IMG/VR virus record: IMGVR_UViG_3300021256_000077
Span: 1 to 64,000 of that record
DNA length: 64,000 nucleotides
Direction: 5' to 3' (one strand)
DNA from: a virus
Lineage: Duplodnaviria > Caudoviricetes
Under the pieces are notes generated by a model that made no database searches, was not told the DNA's origin, and saw only the letters and a list, made by a program, of their open reading frames with translations. The translations under genes and the position numbers were made by a program. Position 1 is the first letter of the stretch. Every line of letters begins with the position of its first letter. Of the stretch, positions 12,801 through 26,551 are shown piece after piece.

Positions 12801-15800
12801 GCCGATCTTATCTGTATCAATGCTATCCCAGATTTCCTTAAACCGGGCCATTTCTTCTGTCGAAAGCGTTGTAGCATTCAGCAGTTCTTCGAGTTCTTTC
12901 CGCAGCTCCGGTTTCAGCTTCAGCTTGTCGAGCATGGAGGTCTGGACGGTCTGAGCGGTTTCTTTCCACTCTTTACGATACTCTTCAAGAAGCGTTTCGT
13001 CAGTTGTAGCATTTTGGAACATCTTGACCATATCAATCGCAGCCTTGACACCATTCTCCATATTATTAAATACGTCAAATGTTCCAAGGCCATTCTTTGC
13101 CAGATTAAAGTCGAGTTCAGAAATATCCTCGAGATTAACAACAAGCCCGTCAAGGTCTCCGGTCTCGCTCAAAAACTTGATCGCCTGCTGAAAAGAATAT
13201 ATCTCTGGAACGACCTCACGAAGATTGTATACCTTACCAGTCAGCTAATCTATCTTTGCAGCATAATCATCTCCGAGTGCATCGAAGTCTTCCCAAAATG
13301 CTTCCGGGTCACCAATAAGAGATTCGTTAATTTTTGATCTGTTGTTATTAATCCGATAGATGATGTCCTTTGCCATATCATCATAAATGTAAGCCTAACT
13401 TTCCTGCCTGCGCACAACCTCAGCCTCAATCGCATCCATCCCGGCGTCGGAATCAAACAGTGTTTCAGGAATACCTAGCCACTGAATCAGTGCGTCTTTG
13501 GCAGCACCTTTCAACTTAAGCGAGGAGTTTTCACTGGTGTAGGCGCGAAATGCAGCAATTCCCTGCTTAGTCTGGTCGATCTCATCTCTGAGTGCACCAA
13601 GCCCCTTCGCGCTTCCAGCACCGTACGCTTCGATATTATTCAGATTACTCCGAAGTGTCTCAAGCTCACTGTTAACTTCAATAAGTTTCTCTGGATTAAT
13701 ATTACCAATAAGAGCACCAAACTTGCTTTGGTCGGCATCGGTAATGTTTCTCTTGTCAAGAATATCCCATATCTCGCTGTCAATCCAATTGCGATATGTT
13801 TTCTTCGTTGACTCCTCAGTTCTCTGCCACTCGTCAGCAAGCTCCGCCAAAGCCTCCTTAGATCTGCTTGCGTATGTCAGCAGTTCTTTCAGGCCTAGCA
13901 TCTTACCATACTCTGTTTTGCTCTTATTGATCTTATCGAATGATCCTTCGTTGAGCGCGGTCATATCGAGCGTCTGATCCATGATAGTGGCTGTTTCTTC
14001 CTGAAGTCCAACAAAGCCTTCCAGCACAAACTGACGGAGAGCCTTGGCAGCATCGGCAAGTGCCCTATCTTCGCTGTCAATCGCTTCCTGAATAATAGTA
14101 TCAAGAGCGTTGATTACGGCCTCACTGTCAGTGAAGTCGATGGCACTAAGATCGATACTGTAGTCGCCCTCGTTGAGCATGTCACGGAACAAATCATAGA
14201 AATTCTGAATCGACTTACGAACCTGGCTCATCTCTCCTTCTTCAAACATCTGGGCGAAGAAGTTAAGCTGATCATTGTCCTTAAGATAATCCTCGCTGAC
14301 CTTAATGATGGAGCTGACTTTCTTCCGTACCGCCGCAACAGTTTCGGAGTCTGCGGTATCGGAATTTGCAAGAAGCCATTCTATTCCGGCCCGCGCCTGT
14401 CCATAATCTTTCAGGTCATCCAGCACAGACGAAATATCACTTCCAGTGTTGTTGGCCTCTTTACCGAGATTGGCCACGGCGGTTGCAAGTGTATTCCAGT
14501 TATTTCCAACCTTGGCATACTCAGCTTTCAGAAGTTCCTCATTGAGATTCCGAATCTCTTCGGCTGTAAGTTCTGCACCCTTGCCAAGCAGTTCAAACCA
14601 TTCTTCGGTCAGTCCGGTATTGCTCAGGAATTTACCCTTGGTTGTTTCATTCATGGCGGCATAAGCCTTTACCATCTTATCCAGCCCAGAGCCATCTTCC
14701 ATATGCATGGCTCTCTTCAGTTCTTCGAAACCTTCGGCAAGCTTTGAAGGAGTCATACGTTTGTCGGCCAGTCGTTCCATTTCGTACTGAAGTTTCTCGA
14801 CTGTACCCTCAACATATTTGAGGATGTCGTTCTTCGGTGCTTCACTTTCAAAAACAGAATCGATATCGGTAAGGCCTACTTCCTGCATAGCATTCTGGAT
14901 GATTGTCCATGCATCGTTCGAAGTACGCGCTATCAATTCCTTAACCTCACTGGCGTCATGAATTTCAAACTGTGACGCAAGGAAGGTCATAATAGCATTG
15001 CTATTTCCGTTTCGTGCTGTAATCTCTTTTTCAAAGTCCGCAACCTGCGAATTCCATACTTTAAATGCATCATACAGTTGCACATAGGAACCATATGAGA
15101 AGATGCCATCCAAGCTAAAGAAATTTGCAGGATCTGAAATCTCCCCGGTTAGTATTTTATTCAGATCCCCAACATTGCTGACCAGATGGTTATACAATGT
15201 TTCATTGTTTTTCTGAAGATCACTCAGAGCCTTTGCGTATTCATCTGGATTGAAAGTGCCGTCTTCGTTAAAACTAGCGTTCTTTATGGCGATCAGTTCC
15301 TTATTAAAACTGTTAGAGAAGGCCTCCGTTACCGCGCCAAATTCCTTACGCATTTCCTCTACAGTTTTTTCCGTCGCTTTCGAAATCTCAGGTGAAGAAG
15401 CTACTGTTGTTACTTCTTTCTCCATATAGTCCAGATGCGCTTTAACACCTTTGCCAAGTTGATCCATCATCTGGTTATATTGATCAACAAGTTGGTTATA
15501 AGTTTCAGCATCACCACTGGAATACGCTTTCTCAAGCTGATCACTGATAAGCCGTTCTTCAGTTGTCATCTTGTTATAACGCTCTGTATAATCTCTATTC
15601 AGGCCATCAATTGCTTCAACAAGTTCGCGCACCCTGGTCTCAAGTTCGGCATCCGCTGTCATATCAAGTTCGGAACGCATTTTATTAATTTGCTCAAGTC
15701 GTTCATTGTTCATATATCTCGGCAACTGGATAATATCCTTCGTAGCTGTATCAATCATGGTATTTACAGCAGCCTGAAGCTCAGCCGCCAATTCCTGATA

Positions 15801-18800
15801 CCGCGCTTCATTTTCGGCTGAAGAAGTATATTCATCCCACGCCCTGTTCTTACTGCCTGTATAGGAATACATGACCGTATTGCCCAGCATTTCCAATCGT
15901 GAGTTTATTTTGTCCTCGGTGGCGTTTCTTGCAAATGCTCTATATCGACCTTCACCCATGTATTTCTTTAGAGCTTCTTCTGTAGCTGTAACGATATTGG
16001 AAGTGTCAATGTTTTCGTTATACTGTTTAATCATTTCTGCCCTAACCATATCTTCGATGATTTTCTGTATGGGAGCTTCCACTTCACCATTCGCACCATT
16101 TCGGAAATACATCCCATCGTGCTTTGTATAACCGCCGGACTTAAACTGTGCTTCTGCAAAAGCCAGAACATCTGCTTCGCTATACTTGTTATCGTCGAGC
16201 TGTTTCTTGATTCCAACCATGTCTTGTGCAGCTTTCCCGATTTCCGGTAATGTAGCCTCTGCTGCCGCGCGGGCCTGTGCGTGTAGGAGTTCAATGTTTT
16301 CTTCAATCTTTTTATTCTATGCCTCAACGACATCAGACTGGTAAGAATATTTATCGGACAAATTTGCAATCACCGTACTGAATCCAGGGACAAGCTCATT
16401 GATCTTGGTGTACAGTTCATTTAACCTGGCCTGATCATCTGCTGTCTTTTCAGTCTTTGTTGCAAGTTCAACGTATTCATCGCGCAGACGTTCAAGTGAA
16501 GTATTCTCACCGCTGATCTTTGAGTAGTTATCTTGCATTTCACTCAGATTTGTTTTAACACCTTCTATAGCTTTGCTAACCTCATCCATGGACTTTGATG
16601 CATCTTTACCAAACTGACCGAATGTATTAGTCAGAACTGTGAAAGCCGTTGTAAGCGCAAGGATAGCCCCCACCGTAGCCAAAAGAGGTTTTGAACCAAT
16701 GAACGTCCACACAGCCGCAAGTGAAGCCTTGACTCCACCTACCCCAGCAATTGCCATGATGAGCCTGTACACAGCAGGAATAAGTACGCCGAGGATTACG
16801 TTCAATCCGCTAGCCGACTTTGTAGCAGAATTAAAGCCGTCTACCAACCCGGCCAGACTATTGTAGAAAAACTTGATCCAGTCGCCCTTCATCATCATGG
16901 CATACGTCTTTTCAAGAGCAGCCCTCAATCTTCCCTGTGCGGCCGCAACACTTTCCGTCCAAGTCTCAAATGCTTTACTCGTTGACCCGGCAGAATTCAG
17001 AGCAAGTTCGTACAGTTCCGCGCTACGCTGTGCCCCGGCCATATCCTGCATAAGGGCTGTGAAGTAGTTCTTCTGCCTTGTACCTGCAATGGTCGTAGAA
17101 ATGAATGCCTGTTGTTTATCTGTCATAGTATTCCACTTGGCCGCGATATCATCGAACACATCGTCGATGTTACGCCAGTTGCCCGCAGAATCCATAAGGC
17201 TGACATTGATCGTATCCAGAGCCTTGGCCACATCGTTCAGAGAAGCATTGTCGCCGTCTTCACTATCGGTATAGCCTTTCATCTTCAGGTTCTGCATACG
17301 GGACATAATACTCTGCAATGAACGACCAATCGTCTCAGGTGCAAGTCGCGTACTTTCAGAAAGCGTGGCGATATATGCGCTGAGTTTTTCCAAAGACAGA
17401 CCGACGCTAGAACCATAGGCGGCCACAACCTGGGCAGCCTTACCAAGTTCGGTAGCAGACGTACCTGCGGAGTTACCAAGTGTTGTAAAGATGTCGGAAA
17501 CCTTCTCGGATGAAATACCAACATTCCCAGCCGCATCAACATAGTTACGGTAAGAGTTCACAACGGCTGTAATTATCTCGGCGGTTTCTGCCAATGAGAG
17601 GTTGGCTGTCTTAGCAAATTTGGTAACTGTATTCAGACGATCTTCTACCTGAGCGTCGGACAAGCCCTGACGATAAAATGTCACAGCACTCTCCGCTACT
17701 TCAAGTGAAGAAACATCATACTCCGTTGCCTTATTCCGAAGAGACTCACCAAGCTGGTCAGCCTGTTCCTGAGTCTTTCCGGTAACAACGCGGATTTCAT
17801 TCATCTAGTCATAGTACTTAATGACATAATCAATTGCCTCTTTCCAAAGCCGACGAAGTTCACGCATTACCACTGCAATGCTCAGATAACGGTTCAGTAC
17901 ACCACTCAGCTCAGAGTTATTCTTTTTTACTTCGTCTGTGAGACCACTTGTAAGTACTTCCTGGTCTTCGATTGTGGCTGCAATCTTATCCTGGATTGCC
18001 TGTGTTGCTCCGGTTTCCTTGGCATGATTCTGATATTCCTTTGTCATACTCTTGACGGAATCAATCTCATTCTTCCAATGGGCCATGCCCCCGGTGTCGC
18101 CACCGCGTTGTGCTTTCTTATATTCGTTTATAGCATGAGTCAGACGCTTCATCTGAGCTTCAAGTTCTTTGGCCATTGCTGCCTCGTTAGCAAACGCTCC
18201 ACGGGCCGATGCAGTATCACTGGCAGCCTGTACCCTTGGATCGTTTTCAAGTGTATTGTCTAATTCTTTGATGGCGTTTATTTGTTTTTCAATGTCTGCA
18301 ACTTTGGTGTTAAACAGGTCTTTCTTAGGGTCGCCGTCTTGCAGTTTTGCCATCCGCTCATATGTGTCGCCAAGCTGTTTATACAAGTCTAAAAGTTGTT
18401 CAAGCATGATTTTTCGTTGTTTCTCTGTATCAAGCTGATTGCTTTCATAAGAACGATTGTTAGTTTCAATTTGAGCTTTCTGTTTTTCATTAGCGTACTC
18501 TTTAAGCGACTCAATATTCTCCTGTACCTGTTTATATTCTGCTTCTAGTTCAGCAAGACGTGTTGCGCTTTCGGAATCGTTAGGATTCTTATTTAGAGCG
18601 GCCACTAACTTATTACGCTCTTTTACAATTTCCGTTTGTTCTTTCAGTGTCTAGGTGAGATATGTCTGTCCTTCTATTTCTTCGTTCAGTTTCTTAAGCT
18701 CATCCTCGCGATCCAAATCTCGAACATCTGAACCTGCCTGCACATACTGTTTGCGCAGAAGCTCAATCCTTGCCTTGAGATTTTCCTGTTGCTGTGTGAT

Positions 18801-21569
18801 CTCTTCTCTCTCTTTGTCGCTGTCGGCATTGAAATAATCCTTTGCAAGTTCACCCAGCCGTTTGATCTATTTTTCACGCTCTTCATAAAGTTTATTAACC
18901 TAGCGCGTACGTTCTCCCTAGGATACCTGTTTGTCTATCGTATCCTGAATTTCCTTGTTTGATTGCTCCAGTTTGTCATTCCTTACATAATCTGGCATAC
19001 TGTCAATTTGTGCCCTTATCTCTGCCAGTCTCCCCTGGACTTTGCCAAGTTCATTGCTGAGGGCATGCGTGTTCTGTCCCTTTGCACTATGTTCATTAAT
19101 ATCCTTTTGAAGTTGAAGTATCTGTTTCAGTAGATTGGATTCTTCTTTATACAGTTCGTTGGCAGCTTTAATCTCTTCGTCAGTTGCCTTCTGCGCACTC
19201 GATCTTGCATATTTATTTTCCATGTCATTGTATTTACTGGTAATGCTTGCCTCTCTTGCAGCATCACGATAAGCCGGATTGTTTTCCCACGAAGCTACAA
19301 GCTCTTTGTAATTTGACTTAGCCTGTTCAAGCTGTCGATTAATTTCATTCCAGTACGGCGAATTCTTTTGATCTGTTATTTTGTTTAACTGATCCTGTAA
19401 AGAGATAATATCACTCAGTGCCTTTTCAGTATCATCGTACATCTTGCTCATTTCCTTGAATGTACTGTTTGTTTGATTCTTTATATCACGAAGTCTCTGG
19501 GCTTCTACAACGTCTGCATATTTGAGATCAATTTTCATTTCTCTGTCCTCGTTGCGAGGAACGTCCTACTTTTCTATTCTTTCTCTTATTTGTTCATATC
19601 TCGTTTGTGCATCATTCAGCCTTTTGTACAATTCATTCCAATAATCGGTTCCAAAACTGGCGTTGCCCATTTCCTTCTGCAAAGACGCTATTCTTTTAAT
19701 CGTTCTTTCTGCATCTTCATATAGTTCCTTTGCTTCATTCCCAGCAGTTGTTCCACGAATCAATGCTTGAACCTCATTTGGATCGATATCGTTAAGTGAT
19801 TCGCGTATTTTCCCAAGGGCTTCCGCAATCTTTCCAAGGTTCTCTGTGGACGCATTGATTTCTGTAAGATCAACCTTAATCTTAATCGGGTCTCTCAGTT
19901 TGTTTCGAATACTATTCAGCGTGTTGATCATTGGTCCGAATTTTGTTGTATCATCTTTATTCACATCTACCTTGATATTGTTAAATGCGTTCTCAACATT
20001 CGTGTACGCTTTTACCACATTACTCATAGCGGTAAGAGTTGCCGCCGGACTCGCATCGCCCAAGGCATTGTCAAGTTCAGTCTTAAGTTTTTTGATTTCT
20101 GTTTGACACTCTTTGATTTTTGTTTTCAGCGTTTCAAACTGTGTTACCGCCTTCGAAAATGCCTCGTCATTATTGAGTGCATCTACAGCCTTTTGAAGAG
20201 CACTGGCCGCCTTGTCCATTTTTGTGGCTATATCGCTTACATCTTTGACAGTTTTTTCTTCGATTTTTTTTGTAACTTTATCACCGGATGTCATTTCCGG
20301 TTTATTTGTTAAATATTCTGTAGCCTGATATGTGTCTTCTTTTGATTTATGGGTTTCTGCTATTGTTTGCCCAATTGCATTTTTTACAGCATCAAGCCCT
20401 TCAGACGACTGTTTTAATTTGTCCAGTGCCGTGGCCAATTTCTCAAATGCTGTTGCCCCGGCTTCTATTCTCGTGCTCTGCTCTTCGCTAATTTTAACTT
20501 TTTGCATTTTATCTGGGAACTCTTGCACGCTTGTTGTTAATTTTTGCAAATCACTCGTTACATCGGCAAGGGCAGATTTTGACGCTTTTTTCATCTTGTT
20601 CGTTTCATTGTCGATTGAAGCTCCGGTCAATGCTCTGTTAAAATTATTTAGCGCATCTCTGATACCGTCAAGACTATTCGTTAGATTATCTTTGGGAATA
20701 GCTGTATTTATAGTTGTGCTCATTTCGCCAAACGCTTTTTTGAATTCGTTAGTCTGGTTCTGTATGTCTGTAATAGCTTTCCCCATACTTTCGGTAAGAC
20801 TTGTAAGACCTTCTTGTGGCTTGGTCGTGTCGATCGAATTGAGTAAATTTATATACTGTTGCAAACTTTTTACCTATTGCTGATAGTTATCAATCATAGC
20901 CCAGCTTTGATCTTTACCACCTAGAGTGTTGCCAATGAAATTAGTAAGATTCATCTAGTTCGTCTAAGCCTTTTTCATTTGTTCGACAGAATTCGTAATA
21001 TCTTTTCCATCTAGCTGAGCATACGCTTGAATAATATCATTGATCGTTGTTGCAAGCCCTTTGCCTGACTTATTATTAAAATCGGCAGCAGCCTTGCTTA
21101 CTTCCTTGATCTGCAAAATAACGTCCGCAAGAGCAAATTCATCTGGCAGCTTTTTACCCTGTTTGCGCATTTCTTCTATCTGACTTGCGGACACTTTGAA
21201 CGCATCGGACAGTCTTTCCAAAGAGTTGATCTGATTTGAAAAATTTAAACTGCTCTTCTCGTCCCCAATCGCCTTTGTCATCTACTGAGCAAAGTTGCCC
21301 ACCTTTGCAAAGCTCTCGTTAATTTTTTGAAGCTCGTTGTTTATTGAATTAAACGACTATGACGAAATGGCATTTTGGATACCTAACAACTGAGTTCTTG
21401 CAGTTGAACTAAGTTCCTTAATCGATCCAACAAGCCCACTCTAATCAAAGCCTTTGATATTTTCACCAATATGTCCTACCGCGTTACCAGTTTCCCCGGC
21501 AGCCTCCTGGACTTTCTTCAATTCTTCAATGGCTTTCTTACCACTGAGATTAATCTCAAACAAATCCAT
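6873..21569 (-). CDS. Giant tail tape measure protein, 4898 aa with 16 recoded TAG
   Basis: Eight large track ORFs (20964..21281 through 6873..10262) share one frame and are separated only by TAG. ATG at 21569, TGA at 6875-6873. TP901-type TMP core at ~16900-17800 (MNEIRVVTG...ESTRLAPETIGRSLQSI); C-terminal YATGG...LDGT..PERVL motif. Confidence 0.88.
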
Positions 21570-21632
21570 TGTTCATCACATCCCTTTTTATTTCTAAAAA
21601 AGAACGGGGATGCAATGTGCACCCCCGGATAA

Positions 21633-22194
21633 TCACTCAATCTCTTTCTTGGCCAAATCAAACGGAATGTTCAAATATGATACAGGAGCCTTCTTTTCCT
21701 CCAAAATATCTAGCATTCTTTCGCCCATGCGTACGGATGCTTCATCCTCTGTCTGGCTCAAAAACGTTTCCAGCTTTTTGAGTGTAGAATGCTCATGCTT
21801 ATACGCATCAATATGTTCATTCTGAATACGATGATACATATCAATCACAACATTTAGATCAGAGGCGGAAGCTTTATAGAATGCATCAATATACCCTTTT
21901 GTCAGAGCGTAATTATACAAAGCAATCCACTCCTCGGTTGAGTCTATATCAGCATCCATGTTTGTATAGAATATACTGAACATCACAAACAATACTACGT
22001 CATACATGGTACTTTCGTAAATGATCTCTTTTTCATCATCAGTTATAGTAAGCAATGATTCCATGACAGATGCCATTGTACGTTTAGCTTCAAATGGAAT
22101 ACACTTCTTCACTTTAATTCCATCAATGTCCAGCACGATTTCGTCTTCCCAAGACTCATCCTTATAAGCCACCTTAATCTTTTCCAATTCCATG
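21633..22194 (-). CDS. Hypothetical tail-region protein
   Basis: Track ORF 21633..22247; likely start MELEKIK after GGAGGGGAG-like RBS. Confidence 0.6.
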
Positions 22195-22973
22195 ATATTC
22201 TCCCCTTCCAACTTCTTCGATCTGTGCGGTTGCAAAGAAATCCGCAAACTTCTGTAAGCCCGCTTGCTTCACTCCGCCAGATGCAATGAATAACGGATTA
22301 TTATCCTGTATGTAATCGCCCGCGTCTTTGGCAAACGCATTACCGAGCAGATTGACCGCCGCATCATACTGAAGCTTATGGCCGAGCTGTTCCAACACTT
22401 TGCTAAAGAATACATAGGACATGTGATTTATCTGTTCCTCATCAACAATGCCAAGGTGCACGGCTATAATTGGAACGGCATCGTCATAACTTAGCCCGCC
22501 GCCCCCTGGCTCATTACGTTTTTTATTTTGGCCTCCATCTCATCGAGGTGGTTTATACGCTTGAATATTTCCAGCATTCGATAGATGGTGTCGACTTCAA
22601 TCTCGTTGTAATGATCATGAATGAATTTCGGGTCATTGACCACAGCACCCATCCAGTCCATCAATGCCTTATCCCCATTACGGTTATCGCCTTGCCCAAG
22701 GAATCCTTCCCTCTGCATAATCAGCATGCTGATCGGATACGTGTCGAGCATCATATAGAAATTCGCCACATTATTCCTGAAATATCCGATCTCAGTAGAC
22801 TTGATCTCAATTTCTTTTCCCGCGATTGTTACTACATTCTCCGGCCGCAGAATTGTCGGAGATGCTTTCGCGGTTATTTCTTTCCCAGGCGTAGGCTTCG
22901 TTTCTACCCCCGCTTCCGGGGTTGCCACCTGTTCCTGCTTTACTTCCGGTGCAGGCTTTTTTCTCTGTGCCAT
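22174..22973 (-). CDS. Tail assembly chaperone G/GT pair with -1 programmed frameshift
   Basis: ORF 22491..22973 has A AAA AAC at 22524-22518 near its end. The -1 frame continues RNEPGGGGLSYDDAVPIIAVHLG into ORF 22174..22461. Lies between major tail and TMP. Confidence 0.8.
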
Positions 22974-23000
22974 ATTCCCTGTCTCCTTTTTCCTTTAAAC

Positions 23001-23037
23001 AAAAAATAGGCCGGGGCGGCTCGATGTCCACCCCGGC
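23001..23037 (-). terminator. Rho-independent terminator after major tail gene
   Basis: GCCGGGGTGG...CCGCCCCGGC followed by CTATTTTTT on the minus strand. Confidence 0.65.
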
Positions 23038-23044
23038 GTTGGCA

Positions 23045-23887
23045 TTAAGCCCAGTTCACGGTATCACCGGATTTGTTGATGATATCACCGTTGGTGTCCA
23101 TGTGCTCATAGATCAGCTTGTACATGCGCTTGTCGGCACGACGAGGATCGATAGCGGACACGGTGATGGAGTTGGTGGCTGCAGACTTGTAGCTGGTATC
23201 AAATCCGGGCAGGGCGGAAACACGAGCACGGTACAGATACAGATGCAGGATACCCTTCAGGTTAGCATCAGTACAGTCAATACCGGAGCTGTACACGTTC
23301 CAGTGCGCGGCGAAAGCACCACGAGCGGAAGTGGAGTCGGTACGAACGGCCAGAGTATCAGCGGCCACAACACGACGGATGTAGGAAACACGCAGGGTAT
23401 CGCCCACGGCCACGTCGCCTTCGTTGAAGGTGATCTCGGTCTTACCGGGAGCATCTTCAGTAGCGGCGGTGATTTCCACCTTGAACTTGCCCTCAGCCAC
23501 GGAGTCAGCTTCCTCAGCATTGCGGATGAACACAGACCCGGTCTTAACTTCGAAGGGCAGGGTGACCTTCAGGCCATCTTCCACTTCATAACGGGCACTC
23601 TCCAGAATGCCAGTGTCGCCCTTGGTAACTTCAGAGTTAGAACCCATGATGAACATGTCCAGGGTAAACAGAGAAGAAGCGAAGGTGAATTCCAGAGTCT
23701 TGTCAGTTTCCATGTAAGCCAGAGGGAAAGCCGATTTACCACCAGTAATGGTCTAGATGTTGGAAGTGTTGGTCATGGACGCGCTCTGCACTTCATCAAA
23801 ATGGAAGCGGGTTCCATCGCAACGTTCGAAGTCGATATCAGGCACATCAAACATGTAGCCATCATAACGAGGAATATAAATTGCCAT
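23045..23887 (-). CDS. Major tail (tube) protein, 280 aa with 1 recoded TAG
   Basis: ATG 23887 after GGAGG; MAIYIPRYDGY...SNI*TITGG (TAG 23755-23753) continues into track ORF 23045..23713. Upstream of the chaperone. Confidence 0.75.
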
Positions 23888-23946
23888 AATAAATTACCTC
23901 CCCTAATGTTCTTATGTAGCCAAGCCTCCTATTCAAGGCCACACAA

Positions 23947-24423
23947 TTACACCGTGGTTTTATAGGAAAAGACAACATGGTGACGTTTGTAACCCGTTGT
24001 CTTCGTCCACAAATCATAATCTGCAACGTAGCGGAATCGAATGTTGCAGGTATAGCGATCTTTCAGAAGCAGATATTTAATCCGCTCCGTTATAAGATCG
24101 GTACGTTTCTGAAGCCTGTCATCACTTGCAGTCCTCAGCACGTCCTCCTTAACATAGATGTCAAATTCTTTCAGCCGTTCAAGGACGTTCGCGTTCCCTG
24201 TATAAGCACCGTCAGTATCATATACAACGATTCTTACAAGTTCATTTTTAAGCTGCTCACTGCCGTTTGCATCTTCAATGAAGAACTTGTCAACGAACTG
24301 AATAATAGTGCAATCCTTTGGAAGGCACATGAGCTGTTTTAATTTCTCATCCTTGAAAAGTACATATCGAATTACATCATTCCAGTTGTCTTTCCAAGTC
24401 TTGATTTTTTCATTGTAATACAA
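23947..24423 (-). CDS. Tail terminator/completion-like protein
   Basis: Track ORF, probable TTG start; synteny just before the major tail gene. Confidence 0.5.
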   Translation of the reverse strand: MYYNEKIKTWKDNWNDVIRYVLFKDEKLKQLMCLPKDCTIIQFVDKFFIEDANGSEQLKNELVRIVVYDTDGAYTGNANVLERLKEFDIYVKEDVLRTASDDRLQKRTDLITERIKYLLLKDRYTCNIRFRYVADYDLWTKTTGYKRHHVVFSYKTTV

Positions 24424-24436
24424 CCCATCACCCCCG

Positions 24437-24982
24437 TCACCACTTCTGAAAGGCAGCACGTACCATATCAGACGCAGCCTGCTCCTAGATCCTGTCGACC
24501 TGACCGTTATTATTGAACACAGTTCTTATTGATTGCACAATTTGTTTCCCATCATGTTCCCAACCCTTCAGGCGTCTCTGCTTTAAAGCTGGATTGCTGA
24601 TATGCATTTCGCCGTGTGCAATATCATTCGTATAAGTCCTATTACCCGGCTTAGTATACAGGCCAGAATCACCATGCTAATTACCCCGATGTCTGTTGCC
24701 GTCATCAAGTACTTCCATCATTGCTTCGATATGTGGTTTTTGCTCATCAGCAGGAACACTTAACGAAATATGGAAAGACTGATTGGTCGCATCATACTTA
24801 GGCTTATTCTGGCTCACACTTCGGTTTATTTCACCCTCTAATGCATCACTATACCATCCTGGAGGAATCTTAAATCCTTCTTGATTGCCGAGAACTGTAT
24901 GCGCAGCCTTTCCCATTTCGTTGTGCAGATCGTTTGCACAGTTTTCCAGAACAGTGAGCACCGCTTCTTCATTAATTGCCAT
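24437..24982 (-). CDS. Neck/tail completion protein, 181 aa with 2 recoded TAG
   Basis: MAINEEAVL...; TAG 24679-24677 and 24487-24485 (VDRI*EQAAS); ends at TGA 24439-24437. Confidence 0.65.
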
Positions 24983-25811
24983 AGTCCGCCTCATCTCCTC
25001 CGGCAACTCTGCGTGCATACTAACCAAGCACGCCATGAGCACGGTTGATATCGATCTCTGACGTAACCCGGTCAACCACACGATAGAAATACTCGTCCAC
25101 GGAGAACATATCACCGATTCGAATCTTTGCCGTTGTCGGATTCCACTGGACCGAGACAGTCATCAGGTTATTCGGGGTGATGCCGGGATTACCGCTGGCC
25201 TCAGCATAATCAGGACGTCCCGCATACTATGTATGGTTCGCCGGAACTTTTTCTGCAATGATATCCCGTCCGCGCCTTTCCTGATCCACTCCGGCCTTAT
25301 GAACCGCATAACCATTCTCATCTGTTTCTTCTTTAGCCTTGCGCGTAAACGTCAGGTAATCATTACACTTGACGATCTGCGTTGCCTGGTTGTTGGCATG
25401 GTTCTGCACATCCCAGTTCATCAGGAAAAGCACGCCGTCATCCCGGATCACGTAGTCACCCTTGAAGATGTCGAACCAGTGTTCGCACTTCAGGTTGTTG
25501 CTCATATCCGAGTTACCAATCTTACTTTTCCAGTCAATAGGCGTCTGCTGTCCACGGAAATAGAATGGCTTATAGTCTGGATTATTCAGACGGTCATACC
25601 AGTCATGGATCTACTCATAGGTATAATTCACAAAAGGCTTATCTTCCATCTATGCGTTATGCCAGTCACTGTAAAGAGTTTCAGGACTAGCAAACCTGTC
25701 GAAAGTCACGATCTCGGGCTGCGCAATCAGACTCGCGTCGATCTCTTCCTTCGTGCCCCATGTGATTCTTCCCGGGACATCAACGCGACGCTTTGGATAC
25801 ACCCTGCCCAT
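24972..25811 (-). CDS. Head closure/head-tail joining protein, 279 aa with 4 recoded TAG
   Basis: ATG 25811 after GGAGGTG. TAGs at 25652, 25613, 25229 and 25022 are all in frame; ends at TAA 24974-24972. Confidence 0.7.
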
Positions 25812-26094
25812 CGGACGTCACCTCCACCAGATTGTCGGGCAGTCTTTCAATCTCGCCCGCCTTGTCCAGCAGTTTGTGCTTTGTCTTCATAAACCGGATA
25901 TAAATAAGATCATCCCATTCGCTTTTTGGCCTGCCATCATTTGCAATGTAGGCAAGATCCTCCACGTCCGAGATGATCTTTTTTATATCGGTGGCAAGCA
26001 TTGTGGTGAAGTCCTTTAGCGGATAAGTCCCCTCAGCCACGGGCTTCAGGTCTTCATCCCGGTACACAATATGTACCGCAAGATTTTCACTCAT
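25780..26094 (-). CDS. Hypothetical head-tail region protein
   Basis: Track ORF with GAGGTG RBS. Confidence 0.6.
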   Translation of the reverse strand: MSENLAVHIVYRDEDLKPVAEGTYPLKDFTTMLATDIKKIISDVEDLAYIANDGRPKSEWDDLIYIRFMKTKHKLLDKAGEIERLPDNLVEVTSDGQGVSKASR

Positions 26095-26103
26095 ATACTC
26101 ACC

Positions 26104-26547
26104 TCAACAAACCACGGTATTGTACCTGGACATATGATGCCACAGCCACCACCAGCGTTCGCGCACACGGTCAATCGTAGCCACAATATTCTTGTAAGGC
26201 TCCGTACCCTTGGTGACCGCCATGGCGTCCGTGGTGTAACTGGTTCTTGTATTCCACTGACCCGCAAGCCGCTCAAGAAACTTCAGCATGGCCGTGGCCA
26301 GAATATACGCCTGTTCATCAATCTCAAAGGCCATCCCAAATCGGACGGGAACATGTTCTTCATCGTATTCCACCAGGTCCGCACTGTATTCCATGGGGCA
26401 GCCAATGGCGATGTAAAAATCCTTGATAGCAAAGACAATCATGGGCGTCAGATCATCCAGCGATACATCAACCGGGACAGACTGCCATTCATTGTCCTAG
26501 GCCAGTTCCTCGGCCCACTCCATCAGGTCTGTTGTTCCCGCCTTCAT
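26104..26547 (-). CDS. Head-tail adaptor-like protein, 147 aa with 1 recoded TAG
   Basis: ATG 26547 after GGAG; TAG 26499-26497; joins track ORF 26104..26442. Confidence 0.65.
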
Positions 26548-26551
26548 TCAA

